Positions 17,254 to 25,974 of a stretch of DNA of 64,000 nt are shown here, piece by piece (position 1 is the stretch's first letter; every line of letters starts with the position of its first letter). Below the pieces are notes generated by a model. It saw only the letters and a list, made by a program, of their open reading frames with translations. It made no database searches and was not told the origin of the DNA. Source of the DNA: a virus. The translations under genes and the position numbers were made by a program. Location: the IMG/VR virus record IMGVR_UViG_3300046096_000525, positions 4,002 through 68,001 of that record. One strand, written 5' to 3'.

Positions 17254-18021
17254 ATGGTAGCAAATTTAAACACCAACTTATTCCCGATCATTTCAGTAGG
17301 CATGTACTGCAGTTCATTAGATCCGGATTACATCTTTGATAGTTACATGATCAACCAGGATCACCAGGAAGGTCATATAAACTACGACAGTGAATACTTT
17401 CATGAAAACTTCAGAAACGATCTTTATGTTGCTGCGGTCCAGCAGGTAGCTCAGAACTATCTAGACGGTGCTCATGAGGCAGACGGTATTGAAATTGAAA
17501 TCACTGCTGGAGACATCTACAGTCCTTCGGCTTATAACTTTGCCACTGATCAGATAGAGCTAGCAGTTAAATTTAATAAGACCCGTGTTAAACAGTATGC
17601 TGCAGCTAATGCTGATGAGTTTGACCAGTTCCTACATGATCACTTTACCAGCTATGACGGCTTCCATAGCCACACAGCTAATAACTACTACGCCTGGAAG
17701 GAAGACTTCGCTGATAACAATATCCAGAGCATCGGAGCTGTATTGACATTTATATTCCGTGATGAGATAGAAGACATCCAGAACGGCTTCCTAGATGCCT
17801 GCTATGGTGACCTGTATTACTCTGAGTTCGTAGATACTACAGAACTGGATGAGTCTGTCGCTGAGGTAATACAGTATGTCAGAGATAACTATCAGACCCT
17901 GGATGTAGATCAAACTTTCTACAGTGAATTTAGCCATCTGGATCCGGACCTAGTTCTTAGAACCATGAAACTAGAGATAGATAGAATCGCCAGCCACGTC
18001 TTAGAACTGGAGCTAGCTTAA
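17254..18021 (+). CDS. hypothetical highly acidic protein (255 aa; D/E-rich, aromatic-rich)
   Basis: ORF track; composition reminiscent of DNA-mimic proteins (inference only). Confidence 0.55.
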   Translation: MVANLNTNLFPIISVGMYCSSLDPDYIFDSYMINQDHQEGHINYDSEYFHENFRNDLYVAAVQQVAQNYLDGAHEADGIEIEITAGDIYSPSAYNFATDQIELAVKFNKTRVKQYAAANADEFDQFLHDHFTSYDGFHSHTANNYYAWKEDFADNNIQSIGAVLTFIFRDEIEDIQNGFLDACYGDLYYSEFVDTTELDESVAEVIQYVRDNYQTLDVDQTFYSEFSHLDPDLVLRTMKLEIDRIASHVLELELA

Positions 18022-18034
18022 TAAATACTAATTC

Positions 18035-18054
18035 GGCCACTGTAACAGGTGGCC
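18035..18054 (+). terminator. hairpin GGCCAC-TGTAACAG-GTGGCC
   Basis: Perfect 6-bp GC stem 14 nt after stop; weak U-tract. Confidence 0.4.
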
Positions 18055-18318
18055 TTAAATAACACACAGACATGATAGTATATTTGATCATTACAGGAAT
18101 ATCAATAATGACTCTAAGAGCATTGCAAAGATAGATCACCATGGTAGAGATAGAAATTTTAGAGTTCGGTTTTATGGCAACTATCTTTAAGGGAGGGGTT
18201 GCAGTAGGGGAATTGTTAGGGGTTACATTAGATAACCTACAACAAAGTTTACTACAAGTTTACGATATCAATTTATATAGTACATATAGTTTAAATTAAG
18301 TGTGAGAGCTTATTTATG

Positions 18319-18349
18319 GGAGGGGGGAGCGAAAGTTTCCCTCTTTTTT
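18319..18349 (+). terminator. terminator GGGAG-CGAAAGT-TTTCCC/CCCTC + T7
   Basis: G/C-rich hairpin followed by TCTTTTTTT. Confidence 0.55.
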
Positions 18350-18383
18350 TATGCAAATATTTTTTTTATACCAAACTATTTTG

Positions 18384-18426
18384 TATATTTGTATTGGCAA
18401 TGAAGCCAAGCTAAAACTCTCTCACA
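18384..18426 (+). promoter_or_regulatory. -7 box TATATTTG (18384-18391) + conserved leader GGCAATGAAGCCAAGCTAAAA (18396-18416) + AACTCTCTCACA box (18415-18426)
   Basis: Shows the CTCTCACA box sits in the 5' leader downstream of a canonical promoter, directly before ATG 18427. Confidence 0.5.
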
Positions 18427-18666
18427 ATGATAAGACAATTTATTTTAAAAGAAAATGTATTGACCGATAACATCCTACAAGTGCCTAGCAAAGGTAAAGT
18501 ATTCAGTGGGGGTTATATTGCTTTGATTAAGGAATATCAATATCAAAACCCTTGGATGGATAAAGAAACAATAAAAAGGTTTAGAAGCAAAGATAGATTG
18601 AATGCATACCTAGACAAACATTATTCAGAAGCGGATTTAGATTTTTATGATACTTGTATAGAATAA
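18427..18666 (+). CDS. hypothetical protein (79 aa)
   Basis: ORF track. Confidence 0.45.
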   Translation: MIRQFILKENVLTDNILQVPSKGKVFSGGYIALIKEYQYQNPWMDKETIKRFRSKDRLNAYLDKHYSEADLDFYDTCIE

Positions 18667-18690
18667 GGGGGGGCGAAAGCCCTCTTTTTT
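18667..18690 (+). terminator. terminator GGGC-GAAA-GCCC (G-rich extended) + T7
   Basis: GAAA tetraloop hairpin right after stop, followed by TCTTTTTTT. Confidence 0.55.
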
Positions 18691-18961
18691 TATGCAAAAT
18701 AATTACTAAAACACTTGCGTATGTAAATTCTTTGGCGTATCTTTGTTTTAACAAAAGGGGAAAGGTATGGATGAATTAATTAAATAGGCGGAAGGATTTG
18801 ACAAAGGGCGTGGTTTTGAAATAGAACCGGAAGAGTAGACTCCGTCCTACCTTATAGTGAGTGGTTGGGGAGGGGAACGTTTGGGTAAAGATACGAAAAA
18901 AATCAATACAAAACAAATAAACTTATCAACACAAAATTGTTAATAACTATTTAAAATAAGC

Positions 18962-18993
18962 CTTGCATATATGAAACTATTGGCGTACATTTG
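18962..18993 (+). promoter_or_regulatory. sigma-A-type promoter CTTG(18962-18965)-N20-TACATTTG(18986-18993) with leader TTGCAACGAAGCAG
   Basis: Consensus match 43 nt upstream of ATG 19036. Confidence 0.5.
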
Positions 18994-19035
18994 TCTTGTA
19001 ATTGCAACGAAGCAGTTACTTAACCTTATATTATT

Positions 19036-19383
19036 ATGCAGAATTTCATTATTAACATTGGTTTGAATGTAGGATACATTGAGACAAAAACACAACTAGA
19101 TAGTACCTTATATCATATAGGTATAATATTTAATAACCAAGCTACAACTATCCTTAAGGATAAAAATAATGGCGGTTGTTGGGGTATTGAAAGAACGCTA
19201 ATAGTACAAGGGAGTACTGAATTGACTGAAGAAAGTTTTGGCAATGTAATACAAAGCCTTTGTTTCTTATTGCACCAAGAGGGTATGGCTTATTGTCTAG
19301 GGGATACTTGTACACTAGCGTATGCGGTAGACTATAAGGGGGAGCAATGTTTATTTGAAGAACAATATTTTTTAAGAAAATAA
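19036..19383 (+). CDS. hypothetical protein (115 aa)
   Basis: ORF track. Confidence 0.45.
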   Translation: MQNFIINIGLNVGYIETKTQLDSTLYHIGIIFNNQATTILKDKNNGGCWGIERTLIVQGSTELTEESFGNVIQSLCFLLHQEGMAYCLGDTCTLAYAVDYKGEQCLFEEQYFLRK

Positions 19384-19394
19384 TTGCAAATTGT

Positions 19395-19426
19395 TTTGGT
19401 AGTTTCAATTTAAAAAACTACCTTTG
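19395..19426 (+). promoter_or_regulatory. sigma-A-type promoter TTTG(19395-19398)-N20-TACCTTTG(19419-19426)
   Basis: Consensus match upstream of ATG 19455. Confidence 0.55.
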
Positions 19427-19454
19427 TTTAACATTAATCTAAAAATCAATTTAT

Positions 19455-20036
19455 ATGAACAAGTTAAGAGTAGTACAAGATAGTTGTTATGATAGTCCAA
19501 GAGAATGGGATAATCTAGGTACAATGATATGTTTTCACAAACGTTATGATCTAGGCGACAAACATAATTATAGTGTAGATGATTATAATAGTTGGGAGGA
19601 AATGGAAAAGGCTATACTCAAAGAAGAGGGCAAGGGTACAATAATTTTACCCCTATATTTATACGACCACTCGGGGGTAAGTATTAGTACGGGTTCATTT
19701 AGTTGCCGTTGGGATAGCGGACAAGTAGGCTTTATAATTGCGGACAAGAAAAAAATACTGCAAGAGTTTGGGGGTAAGATACTAACAAAGAAGACAAAAG
19801 AAAAAGTAGTATCTATACTAGAAAGTGAAGTATCTACTTATAGCCAATACCTAGAGGGAGAAGTGTACGGCTTTATTATAGAAGATGAAGAGGGGGAGCA
19901 GCTAGATAGTTGTTTCGGGTTTTATGGAAACGACTTTGCTATCAATGGTATGCTAGATTATATAGATGCTAGTTTGTTGGGAGTAGAAGAGGGGGAAGTA
20001 GTTAGGCTACTAGAAGAGGCAGATATTGAGTATTAG
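19455..20036 (+). CDS. hypothetical protein (193 aa)
   Basis: ORF track. Confidence 0.55.
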   Translation: MNKLRVVQDSCYDSPREWDNLGTMICFHKRYDLGDKHNYSVDDYNSWEEMEKAILKEEGKGTIILPLYLYDHSGVSISTGSFSCRWDSGQVGFIIADKKKILQEFGGKILTKKTKEKVVSILESEVSTYSQYLEGEVYGFIIEDEEGEQLDSCFGFYGNDFAINGMLDYIDASLLGVEEGEVVRLLEEADIEY

Positions 20037-20131
20037 TAAATTAATCTCCCCCTTTGTTGTAAGGTTCAAGGGGGGAAATAAAAAAAGTAAAAATAATTAT
20101 CAAAACATTAGGTTCGTATTAGAATAATAAC

Positions 20132-20164
20132 TATATTTGTAACGGCAATTAAGCCAAGCTAAAA
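20132..20164 (+). promoter_or_regulatory. -7 box TATATTTG (20132-20139) + conserved leader GGCAATTAAGCCAAGCTAAAA (20144-20164)
   Basis: Near-identical to leader at 18396-18416. Confidence 0.5.
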
Positions 20165-20174
20165 AATCAAGATT

Positions 20175-20462
20175 ATGAAAATCATCACGCAAAAAAGTGT
20201 TCAAGCCTTTAACAATAACAAGGCTATCAAGTTAAGCAATACAGAGGTAAGAGTAGAAGAGGGTAAGACAAAACTATTCCTTTTCGGTAACCTAATTGCA
20301 GTAAAAGAGGGAGGGGTTTTAAAAGTATCCAATGCAGGTTGGGATAGTAATACCACAAAGGAAAGACTTAATGCCCTAGACAATGTTCATATCAAGCAGA
20401 AGAACTTTCAATGGTATTTGAATGGGGAAGAGTGGAACGGAGCGTGGAGAGTAATTAACTAA
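20175..20462 (+). CDS. hypothetical protein (95 aa)
   Basis: ORF track. Confidence 0.45.
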   Translation: MKIITQKSVQAFNNNKAIKLSNTEVRVEEGKTKLFLFGNLIAVKEGGVLKVSNAGWDSNTTKERLNALDNVHIKQKNFQWYLNGEEWNGAWRVIN

Positions 20463-20528
20463 CAACAGATAGGCAAGTATGGGGGGGGGTTAATTCTCCC
20501 CCTAAAAAGCCACAATAAAAAAACAGCA

Positions 20529-20747
20529 ATGGAATACACAAGAACAATAATCATAGGCAAGATAGAATTCCTAAACATAGGATGTATCATACATAGTATA
20601 GAGGAAGTATTCAAGGGGGGGAGCAAAGAAGAAACAGATGCCCTAACAGATATACCCGAGAGAGAGGGGAAGGATTGGATAGTAATAGAAGATTACAGAG
20701 GACAAATAAGACTAACAAAACAATGTTTAATCAACCTAGTATCATAA
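20529..20747 (+). CDS. hypothetical protein (72 aa)
   Basis: ORF track. Confidence 0.4.
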   Translation: MEYTRTIIIGKIEFLNIGCIIHSIEEVFKGGSKEETDALTDIPEREGKDWIVIEDYRGQIRLTKQCLINLVS

Positions 20748-20750
20748 CAA

Positions 20751-20948
20751 ATGAAGAAGACAACCATACCACAGAAGTATAAAGACCAATACATAGGTGC
20801 AGTACTAGGGGGACAAACTAGGGTAACAATACTAGGGATAGAAATAACGTGGAAAGCCATACCAAGTAGAGAGAAGTTAGGGGGGAAAGAGAGGGAGAGG
20901 TTGGCAAATGAAATGGCAGAGAGAGACCTAGCTATCGTTTTTGAATAG
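20751..20948 (+). CDS. hypothetical protein (65 aa)
   Basis: ORF track. Confidence 0.4.
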   Translation: MKKTTIPQKYKDQYIGAVLGGQTRVTILGIEITWKAIPSREKLGGKERERLANEMAERDLAIVFE

Positions 20949-21147
20949 TTATTGCATTATTCGCATCTCGGCTCGGGGGGGAGATAAAGAATTAATAATG
21001 AAATGGGGGATTTATTGAGAATAATTCAAAGAATGTGTGTGTTTATAGAGGGGTGGATAGCCCCCCACCATGATTTAACCCTACTTTGCAGTTTCAAAAC
21101 AACAATAATGTTACGGGCAATTAATATATAGTAAAAAAGATAAAAAG

Positions 21148-21450
21148 ATGACTAGACAACAAAAAATAGCTAGAGTGCTAAGTATCCTATCCAAGTGGGG
21201 AGGGTTTAACGTTACAGAGGTACAAACAGAATCAAGTATAGTAGTTGGAGAACTAGGTGGTCTAGTTGCCCTTATAGAGTATCTATCCCTAGATTGTATT
21301 GATGTATCCATATATAGTGGTAGTAGTTATTCAAGTGATAGTCTAGTAGATTATACAATGATGTATTCAGAACTAACTAATGATGTACTAGAGGAGGTAC
21401 TATTAATTACAGAGGAGTATAATTCACAAATGGAATTAGAGGTTTTATAA
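21148..21450 (+). CDS. hypothetical protein (100 aa)
   Basis: ORF track. Confidence 0.45.
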   Translation: MTRQQKIARVLSILSKWGGFNVTEVQTESSIVVGELGGLVALIEYLSLDCIDVSIYSGSSYSSDSLVDYTMMYSELTNDVLEEVLLITEEYNSQMELEVL

Positions 21451-21497
21451 TAACCTTGCAGTTTTTTTATGATGCCCGAAAATTTTAACACTTTTTC

Positions 21498-21529
21498 CTT
21501 GCACAATTAAAAACTATTACTTACCTTTG
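21498..21529 (+). promoter_or_regulatory. sigma-A-type promoter CTTG(21498-21501)-N20-TACCTTTG(21522-21529)
   Basis: Consensus match upstream of ATG 21553. Confidence 0.55.
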
Positions 21530-21552
21530 ATTAACATTAAAAACTAGAAATT

Positions 21553-21822
21553 ATGGCACAAGCAATTTGGAATTTTGTAGAGCAGTATTACCCTAACTAT
21601 TCATCTAGTGATGAAATTCTACACAACGAGGACTTATTGAAGTTACTAGAGGGAGAAGTAGATACAGGTGCAGATAGTGTTTACAATGATATCCGAGAAG
21701 AACTGCTTGTTTTTGGTACAGAGCCTAGAGAAGAAGAGATACTAGGACTAGCACAACAAAGGTATTCTGAATCCCTAGTAGACATATACGAACTAGCAAT
21801 ACAAAATTATTTAAAACAATAG
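21553..21822 (+). CDS. hypothetical acidic protein (89 aa)
   Basis: ORF track. Confidence 0.45.
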   Translation: MAQAIWNFVEQYYPNYSSSDEILHNEDLLKLLEGEVDTGADSVYNDIREELLVFGTEPREEEILGLAQQRYSESLVDIYELAIQNYLKQ

Positions 21823-21824
21823 TT

Positions 21825-22313
21825 ATGAACAAAGCAGAAAACAACAGATTAATAGCAGAATTTTTAGGATATACACAACCACATCCCGATTACCCTACAA
21901 CAAGTTATTGGTACAAGGAGGGAGAGGAACCTTTAGTGTATTTATCCTTTAATACAGATTGGAATTGGTTAATGAAAGCAGTAGTTGAATGTTTTAATAA
22001 GCAAGATGCTACTACCAATGATGACCTTAACTTTAAATTGAACGATGCTTTGCTAGAGACAAATATAAATTCTTTATACAAGGCAGTAGTAGAGTTTATC
22101 CAAGAGTACAACAAGAGACCTTTTAGGATATATGGTATAGAGATAGATGATATACCCGAAGACTTTGATTATGAAAATTGTTCAGATGAAAGGTTTATGG
22201 ACGAGGCAGAGAGATGCGGTTTAGTTTGGGAGGACTTTGATGAATTCATCGAGCAGTTGAACAACGGAGACATCAATAAAGAGTATACAAGATTTAGGAC
22301 TATTAAGGTATAA
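21825..22313 (+). CDS. hypothetical acidic protein (162 aa)
   Basis: ORF track. Confidence 0.5.
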   Translation: MNKAENNRLIAEFLGYTQPHPDYPTTSYWYKEGEEPLVYLSFNTDWNWLMKAVVECFNKQDATTNDDLNFKLNDALLETNINSLYKAVVEFIQEYNKRPFRIYGIEIDDIPEDFDYENCSDERFMDEAERCGLVWEDFDEFIEQLNNGDINKEYTRFRTIKV

Positions 22314-22356
22314 AATATTTAGCTTTTTTATAGAGGCAAAAATAAATTAAAAAAAG

Positions 22357-22388
22357 TTTGGTAGATTAGAAACTTAATCGTACATTTG
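22357..22388 (+). promoter_or_regulatory. sigma-A-type promoter TTTG(22357-22360)-N20-TACATTTG(22381-22388)
   Basis: Consensus match upstream of ATG 22444. Confidence 0.55.
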
Positions 22389-22443
22389 TCAAACAAAAGA
22401 GGGATAGCCGAAACCCTATACAATAGTAGGCAAACATTAAAAA

Positions 22444-23133
22444 TTGATTATTATGAAAAAGTTAACGAAAGCACAAGAATTAAAACAAAGAGAAAAAGAA
22501 TTAGCACTTATTGAAAAAAATGCCCCTTTACTATTTGATATTGATAACGCAATTCTAGTAGGTAAAGAGAACAGAAGAGCCTTGAACGAGTTAGTTGAAA
22601 GAAATAATCAAGTAGTTGAAGAGCAAAGACAAAAGTGTTTAGCAGACCATAGTATACTAAAAGCTTTCTTAAAAGAGTATAGCGATTTAGTATCTCCTAT
22701 CACGCACAACCACGAAGATAAGCATATAGGAGACTTTGGGTTTTATGTAGGGTTTGGAGAAGACAAAGTATACTTTAACTACTCTTACTTGAGAGATTGG
22801 TGGAGAGATGCAGACAACCTTGAAACTATATACGGAGAAGATTACCCAACTTACTATCCCGAAATGGTAGAAGTATATTGTGATAAAGTGGGAGAGACAG
22901 AAACTTTTGAATCTATTTTTAAAGTGTTTGAAGATAATGATTATGTAAACATTTTGGAGACACTAGTAACAAAAAGAATTATAAACCTAAAAGACTATAC
23001 TTTAGTTTTTGAAGATAATACCGAAGAGGTAACTAAACACTACGATAAAAAAGAGGTAGAAAAAGCATACCTAAACCAAGAGGTAAGAACTATTAACGGA
23101 GTAAAAACTTGTATTAAAGTAATCATTAAATAA
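22444..23133 (+). CDS. hypothetical protein (229 aa)
   Basis: ORF track. Confidence 0.55.
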   Translation: MIIMKKLTKAQELKQREKELALIEKNAPLLFDIDNAILVGKENRRALNELVERNNQVVEEQRQKCLADHSILKAFLKEYSDLVSPITHNHEDKHIGDFGFYVGFGEDKVYFNYSYLRDWWRDADNLETIYGEDYPTYYPEMVEVYCDKVGETETFESIFKVFEDNDYVNILETLVTKRIINLKDYTLVFEDNTEEVTKHYDKKEVEKAYLNQEVRTINGVKTCIKVIIK

Positions 23134-23142
23134 TTAGAAATT

Positions 23143-23502
23143 ATGGGAAGATATTATAGTGGAGACATCGAGGGAAAATTTTGGTTTGGTTTACAAGCAA
23201 GTAATGCCCCAAGTAGGTTTGGTGGAGTAGAACAAGAACCTGCTTACATAACTTATTACTTCGAGGAAGAGAACCTAGAGGAGATAGAGCAAGAGATAAA
23301 AGCTATTGAAGAAAAGCTAGGTGCTAAAAAAGATGTTATTGATAAATTCTTTGAGAACCACAACAGCTACAATGAACCTATGCTCAAAGAGAATAATATC
23401 ACTACCGAAGAATTATCAGACTACGCAGATTTAGGTCTAGGTATTCAGATACGAGATTGTGTAAAAGAGCAAGGATATTGCAGTATGGATTGTGAATTTT
23501 AG
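23143..23502 (+). CDS. hypothetical protein (119 aa)
   Basis: ORF track. Confidence 0.5.
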   Translation: MGRYYSGDIEGKFWFGLQASNAPSRFGGVEQEPAYITYYFEEENLEEIEQEIKAIEEKLGAKKDVIDKFFENHNSYNEPMLKENNITTEELSDYADLGLGIQIRDCVKEQGYCSMDCEF

Positions 23503-23561
23503 CAAAAAAAGTTTTGTAGATTAAAATAAAAACATTACCTTTACGGAGAATTTAAAACCTA

Positions 23562-23954
23562 TTGTTTATGAAAAGAGGAGTTTATAGCTTATATCAGATT
23601 GATATTATTAAGCACGATGCAGATACGTTAACCGTACAAGCACAGAGCCGTAGAGGTATGTTTTATTATGCCCACCTAAAAAGAACCAAAGACAACTATT
23701 GGGAGGGAGGAACAGATTTTGGGTATAGTTCAAAAAAGATTTTCAAGGGTATCATCCTAGAGTTTTTCCAAGAACTTGTAGCAGAATCAAAAGAGTATGA
23801 TAATCGTTGGTATTCCCTACACTATGTAGTAAGAGCAGAAGTAGGTGGTAATAGACCACTAACTTGGGAAGAAACACACTACGGCAATATGCCACAAGAG
23901 GTAGAGCCTAATTTTAAAGGAGGAGTTAAATTTTATACAGAAAGTTATGCGTAA
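23562..23954 (+). CDS. hypothetical protein (130 aa)
   Basis: ORF track; preceded by weaker -7 box TACCTTTA (23536-23543). Confidence 0.5.
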   Translation: MFMKRGVYSLYQIDIIKHDADTLTVQAQSRRGMFYYAHLKRTKDNYWEGGTDFGYSSKKIFKGIILEFFQELVAESKEYDNRWYSLHYVVRAEVGGNRPLTWEETHYGNMPQEVEPNFKGGVKFYTESYA

Positions 23955-24270
23955 TTATACAGAGAGACAAGCAGAGGTAATAGAGTTTTTAGAGAACCTA
24001 GTTAACCGAAGATTTAGCGAAGAGGTTTTAAACAAAAAGTTATCCGACTTTTTCCAAGAGCCGATAGTTTTAGAGAACAACACCCAAGACAGAATAGACA
24101 ATGATGATTTTGATAGTGAGGAGGACTTACCGACAGATTACAATTTGATGTTCAACCTAGAGCGTGAAGACCAATACGGATACTTTGATATCTACATGTT
24201 GCCTATGCGTAGAGAGGGTTTTGATGGGAGTACAATGTATATAACAGAGGTAGGGTATGAGTTCGAGTAA
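23947..24270 (+). CDS. hypothetical acidic protein (107 aa)
   Basis: ORF track. Confidence 0.5.
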   Translation: MRNYTERQAEVIEFLENLVNRRFSEEVLNKKLSDFFQEPIVLENNTQDRIDNDDFDSEEDLPTDYNLMFNLEREDQYGYFDIYMLPMRREGFDGSTMYITEVGYEFE

Positions 24271-24478
24271 TGAAGTAGCAGTTGTATCATCGTACATTAT
24301 GTATTATGATTTGTTAGAGTTTTATGTTAACGGCAGTTTCTTCTCAAAGATAGACAAGGCTATTGAATTGGCAGAAAAGTTTATTGAGAGGTATTCAGAG
24401 CATTACAGAACAGATTGGACAGAGAGAGATTGGGAAGAGACACTAGAAAATTTTATAATATTAAACCAAAGCAATTAG
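24257..24478 (+). CDS. hypothetical protein (73 aa)
   Basis: ORF track. Confidence 0.4.
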   Translation: MSSSNEVAVVSSYIMYYDLLEFYVNGSFFSKIDKAIELAEKFIERYSEHYRTDWTERDWEETLENFIILNQSN

Positions 24479-24687
24479 CTATGAAATCAGTACACGAATT
24501 AAGTATAGATGAACTAGAAGAGTTAAGAGATAGCTATTACTATCAACTACTAGATACAGACGAAGAAGTACTAGGGGATATTGTTTTTCCCGATGAAATA
24601 CCAATGGAGAATGTTATCGCTCACTACGAGGGTACATATTTTGTAGAAGAAGATTTTTTTTGTAACGTAATGTCAATACTAAAGTAA
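24415..24687 (+). CDS. hypothetical acidic protein (likely true start ATG 24481)
   Basis: ORF track; 5' part overlaps previous ORF. Confidence 0.4.
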   Translation: MDRERLGRDTRKFYNIKPKQLAMKSVHELSIDELEELRDSYYYQLLDTDEEVLGDIVFPDEIPMENVIAHYEGTYFVEEDFFCNVMSILK

Positions 24688-24689
24688 GA

Positions 24690-25205
24690 ATGGGAAATTT
24701 AGAATTATTTGCTAGAAAATGCACTTGTTGTGGTGGAGGTATGAATAACGGATATGTAGTAGGAGGTGGTGCTGAATACTATTGTTCAGATGAATGCCTA
24801 GAGCAACACTATACCCCCGAAGAGTGGAAAGAAATGACTGCTGAAGACCAAGACGAGTTCGGTTTCTCTTTTAGTGATAGTGATAACTATTGGACAGAAT
24901 GGGATACAGAGGATGATGACGAACTAGAATACGTTTTGTATAATGGGGAGGTTATTGACAGAGAAGACTTGAAACCTAGAGTTAACAGAGGAGACTTTTT
25001 AGAGTGGTTATTCTCGGATAGCGATGATGCGAAAGCTTTAGGGGTTAGAGTTATGAAAGGTTTAGAAAAAAGAGGTAGCTTTAGTATTGATGTACAGATG
25101 CTATTTGAGGAATGTGGATATATTCCGGCTCACATATTAGATAATTCCGATATGTTTGATGAAGACCAAGAGTTTGAACCAAGTGAGGTAGAACTAATAG
25201 GGTAA
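24690..25205 (+). CDS. hypothetical Cys-rich acidic protein (CTCCGGG...YYCSDEC zinc-binding-like N-terminus)
   Basis: ORF track. Confidence 0.5.
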   Translation: MGNLELFARKCTCCGGGMNNGYVVGGGAEYYCSDECLEQHYTPEEWKEMTAEDQDEFGFSFSDSDNYWTEWDTEDDDELEYVLYNGEVIDREDLKPRVNRGDFLEWLFSDSDDAKALGVRVMKGLEKRGSFSIDVQMLFEECGYIPAHILDNSDMFDEDQEFEPSEVELIG

Positions 25206-25225
25206 AAAAATAATTAAAAAAAAGT

Positions 25226-25256
25226 TTTGGTAGTTACAAAATAATAGTTATCTTTG
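25226..25256 (+). promoter_or_regulatory. sigma-A-type promoter TTTG(25226-25229)-N19-TATCTTTG(25249-25256)
   Basis: Consensus match upstream of ATG 25293. Confidence 0.55.
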
Positions 25257-25292
25257 TACAAGTTAATAGTAACACATAAAAACAAATAAGTT

Positions 25293-25712
25293 ATGACTAG
25301 AATATCTGTTGGGGTTAGAGCGATTGAACTTTGCGATGCCCACTTAATTAAAGAGCGTATAGAGTTGTTAAGAATTCCAAACGCTATCAAGTCGGGGAAA
25401 GCCGTTGTTAAAAATATACCTAGCAGTTTTACTTTAGGTACTGGGCATGTTAAATTTTTCTACGACAAGTTAGGATACCTACAAGAGAGGTACGAAGAAC
25501 TTACGGCAGAGTGTGTTGAGAGGGATTTTAACATAACAGATTTCTCGGATAGTTTCAGAGGGTTGCCAAAAAACTTATACAATAACTACGAAGAGTTAGA
25601 TATTGATAGAAAAATTGTAGTCCAACGAGTTAACGAAAGGTTGCTCGGGATGAAGAACTTGAAGTATAACAGAGAGAGTATTGATGTACAAACTTTACTT
25701 ATAAAAAACTAA
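25293..25712 (+). CDS. denV: pyrimidine-dimer DNA glycosylase / AP lyase (T4 endonuclease V, DenV family)
   Basis: N-terminus MTRISVGV...ELCDAHLIKERIELLRIP...FTLGTGHVKFFYDKLGYLQERYEELTAECVERDFNITD closely parallels T4 EndoV [64 protein letters not shown] (from memory). Confidence 0.75.
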   Translation: MTRISVGVRAIELCDAHLIKERIELLRIPNAIKSGKAVVKNIPSSFTLGTGHVKFFYDKLGYLQERYEELTAECVERDFNITDFSDSFRGLPKNLYNNYEELDIDRKIVVQRVNERLLGMKNLKYNRESIDVQTLLIKN

Positions 25713-25715
25713 GCT

Positions 25716-25973
25716 ATGTTAAATTACGAAAAATTAATGGCACATAACCCAACAGAGTATGGCAGAATGACTAATTCTTTAGGGCAAGAGATTGTATTTG
25801 TTGAGCATCCGTTGAGGGGAGATGAAACCCCCGTAATATGTGTATGCAATGAACTAGGTCTAGCATCTTATAGCACTTTCTATGAGTTAGATGATATGAC
25901 AGCAGACCACAAAGAGTATGAACCTAGCTTTAAAAATGGGAATTTTTTAATTGGACAATTTATAGAAGAATAA
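25716..25973 (+). CDS. hypothetical protein (85 aa)
   Basis: ORF track. Confidence 0.45.
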   Translation: MLNYEKLMAHNPTEYGRMTNSLGQEIVFVEHPLRGDETPVICVCNELGLASYSTFYELDDMTADHKEYEPSFKNGNFLIGQFIEE

Positions 25974-25974
25974 C

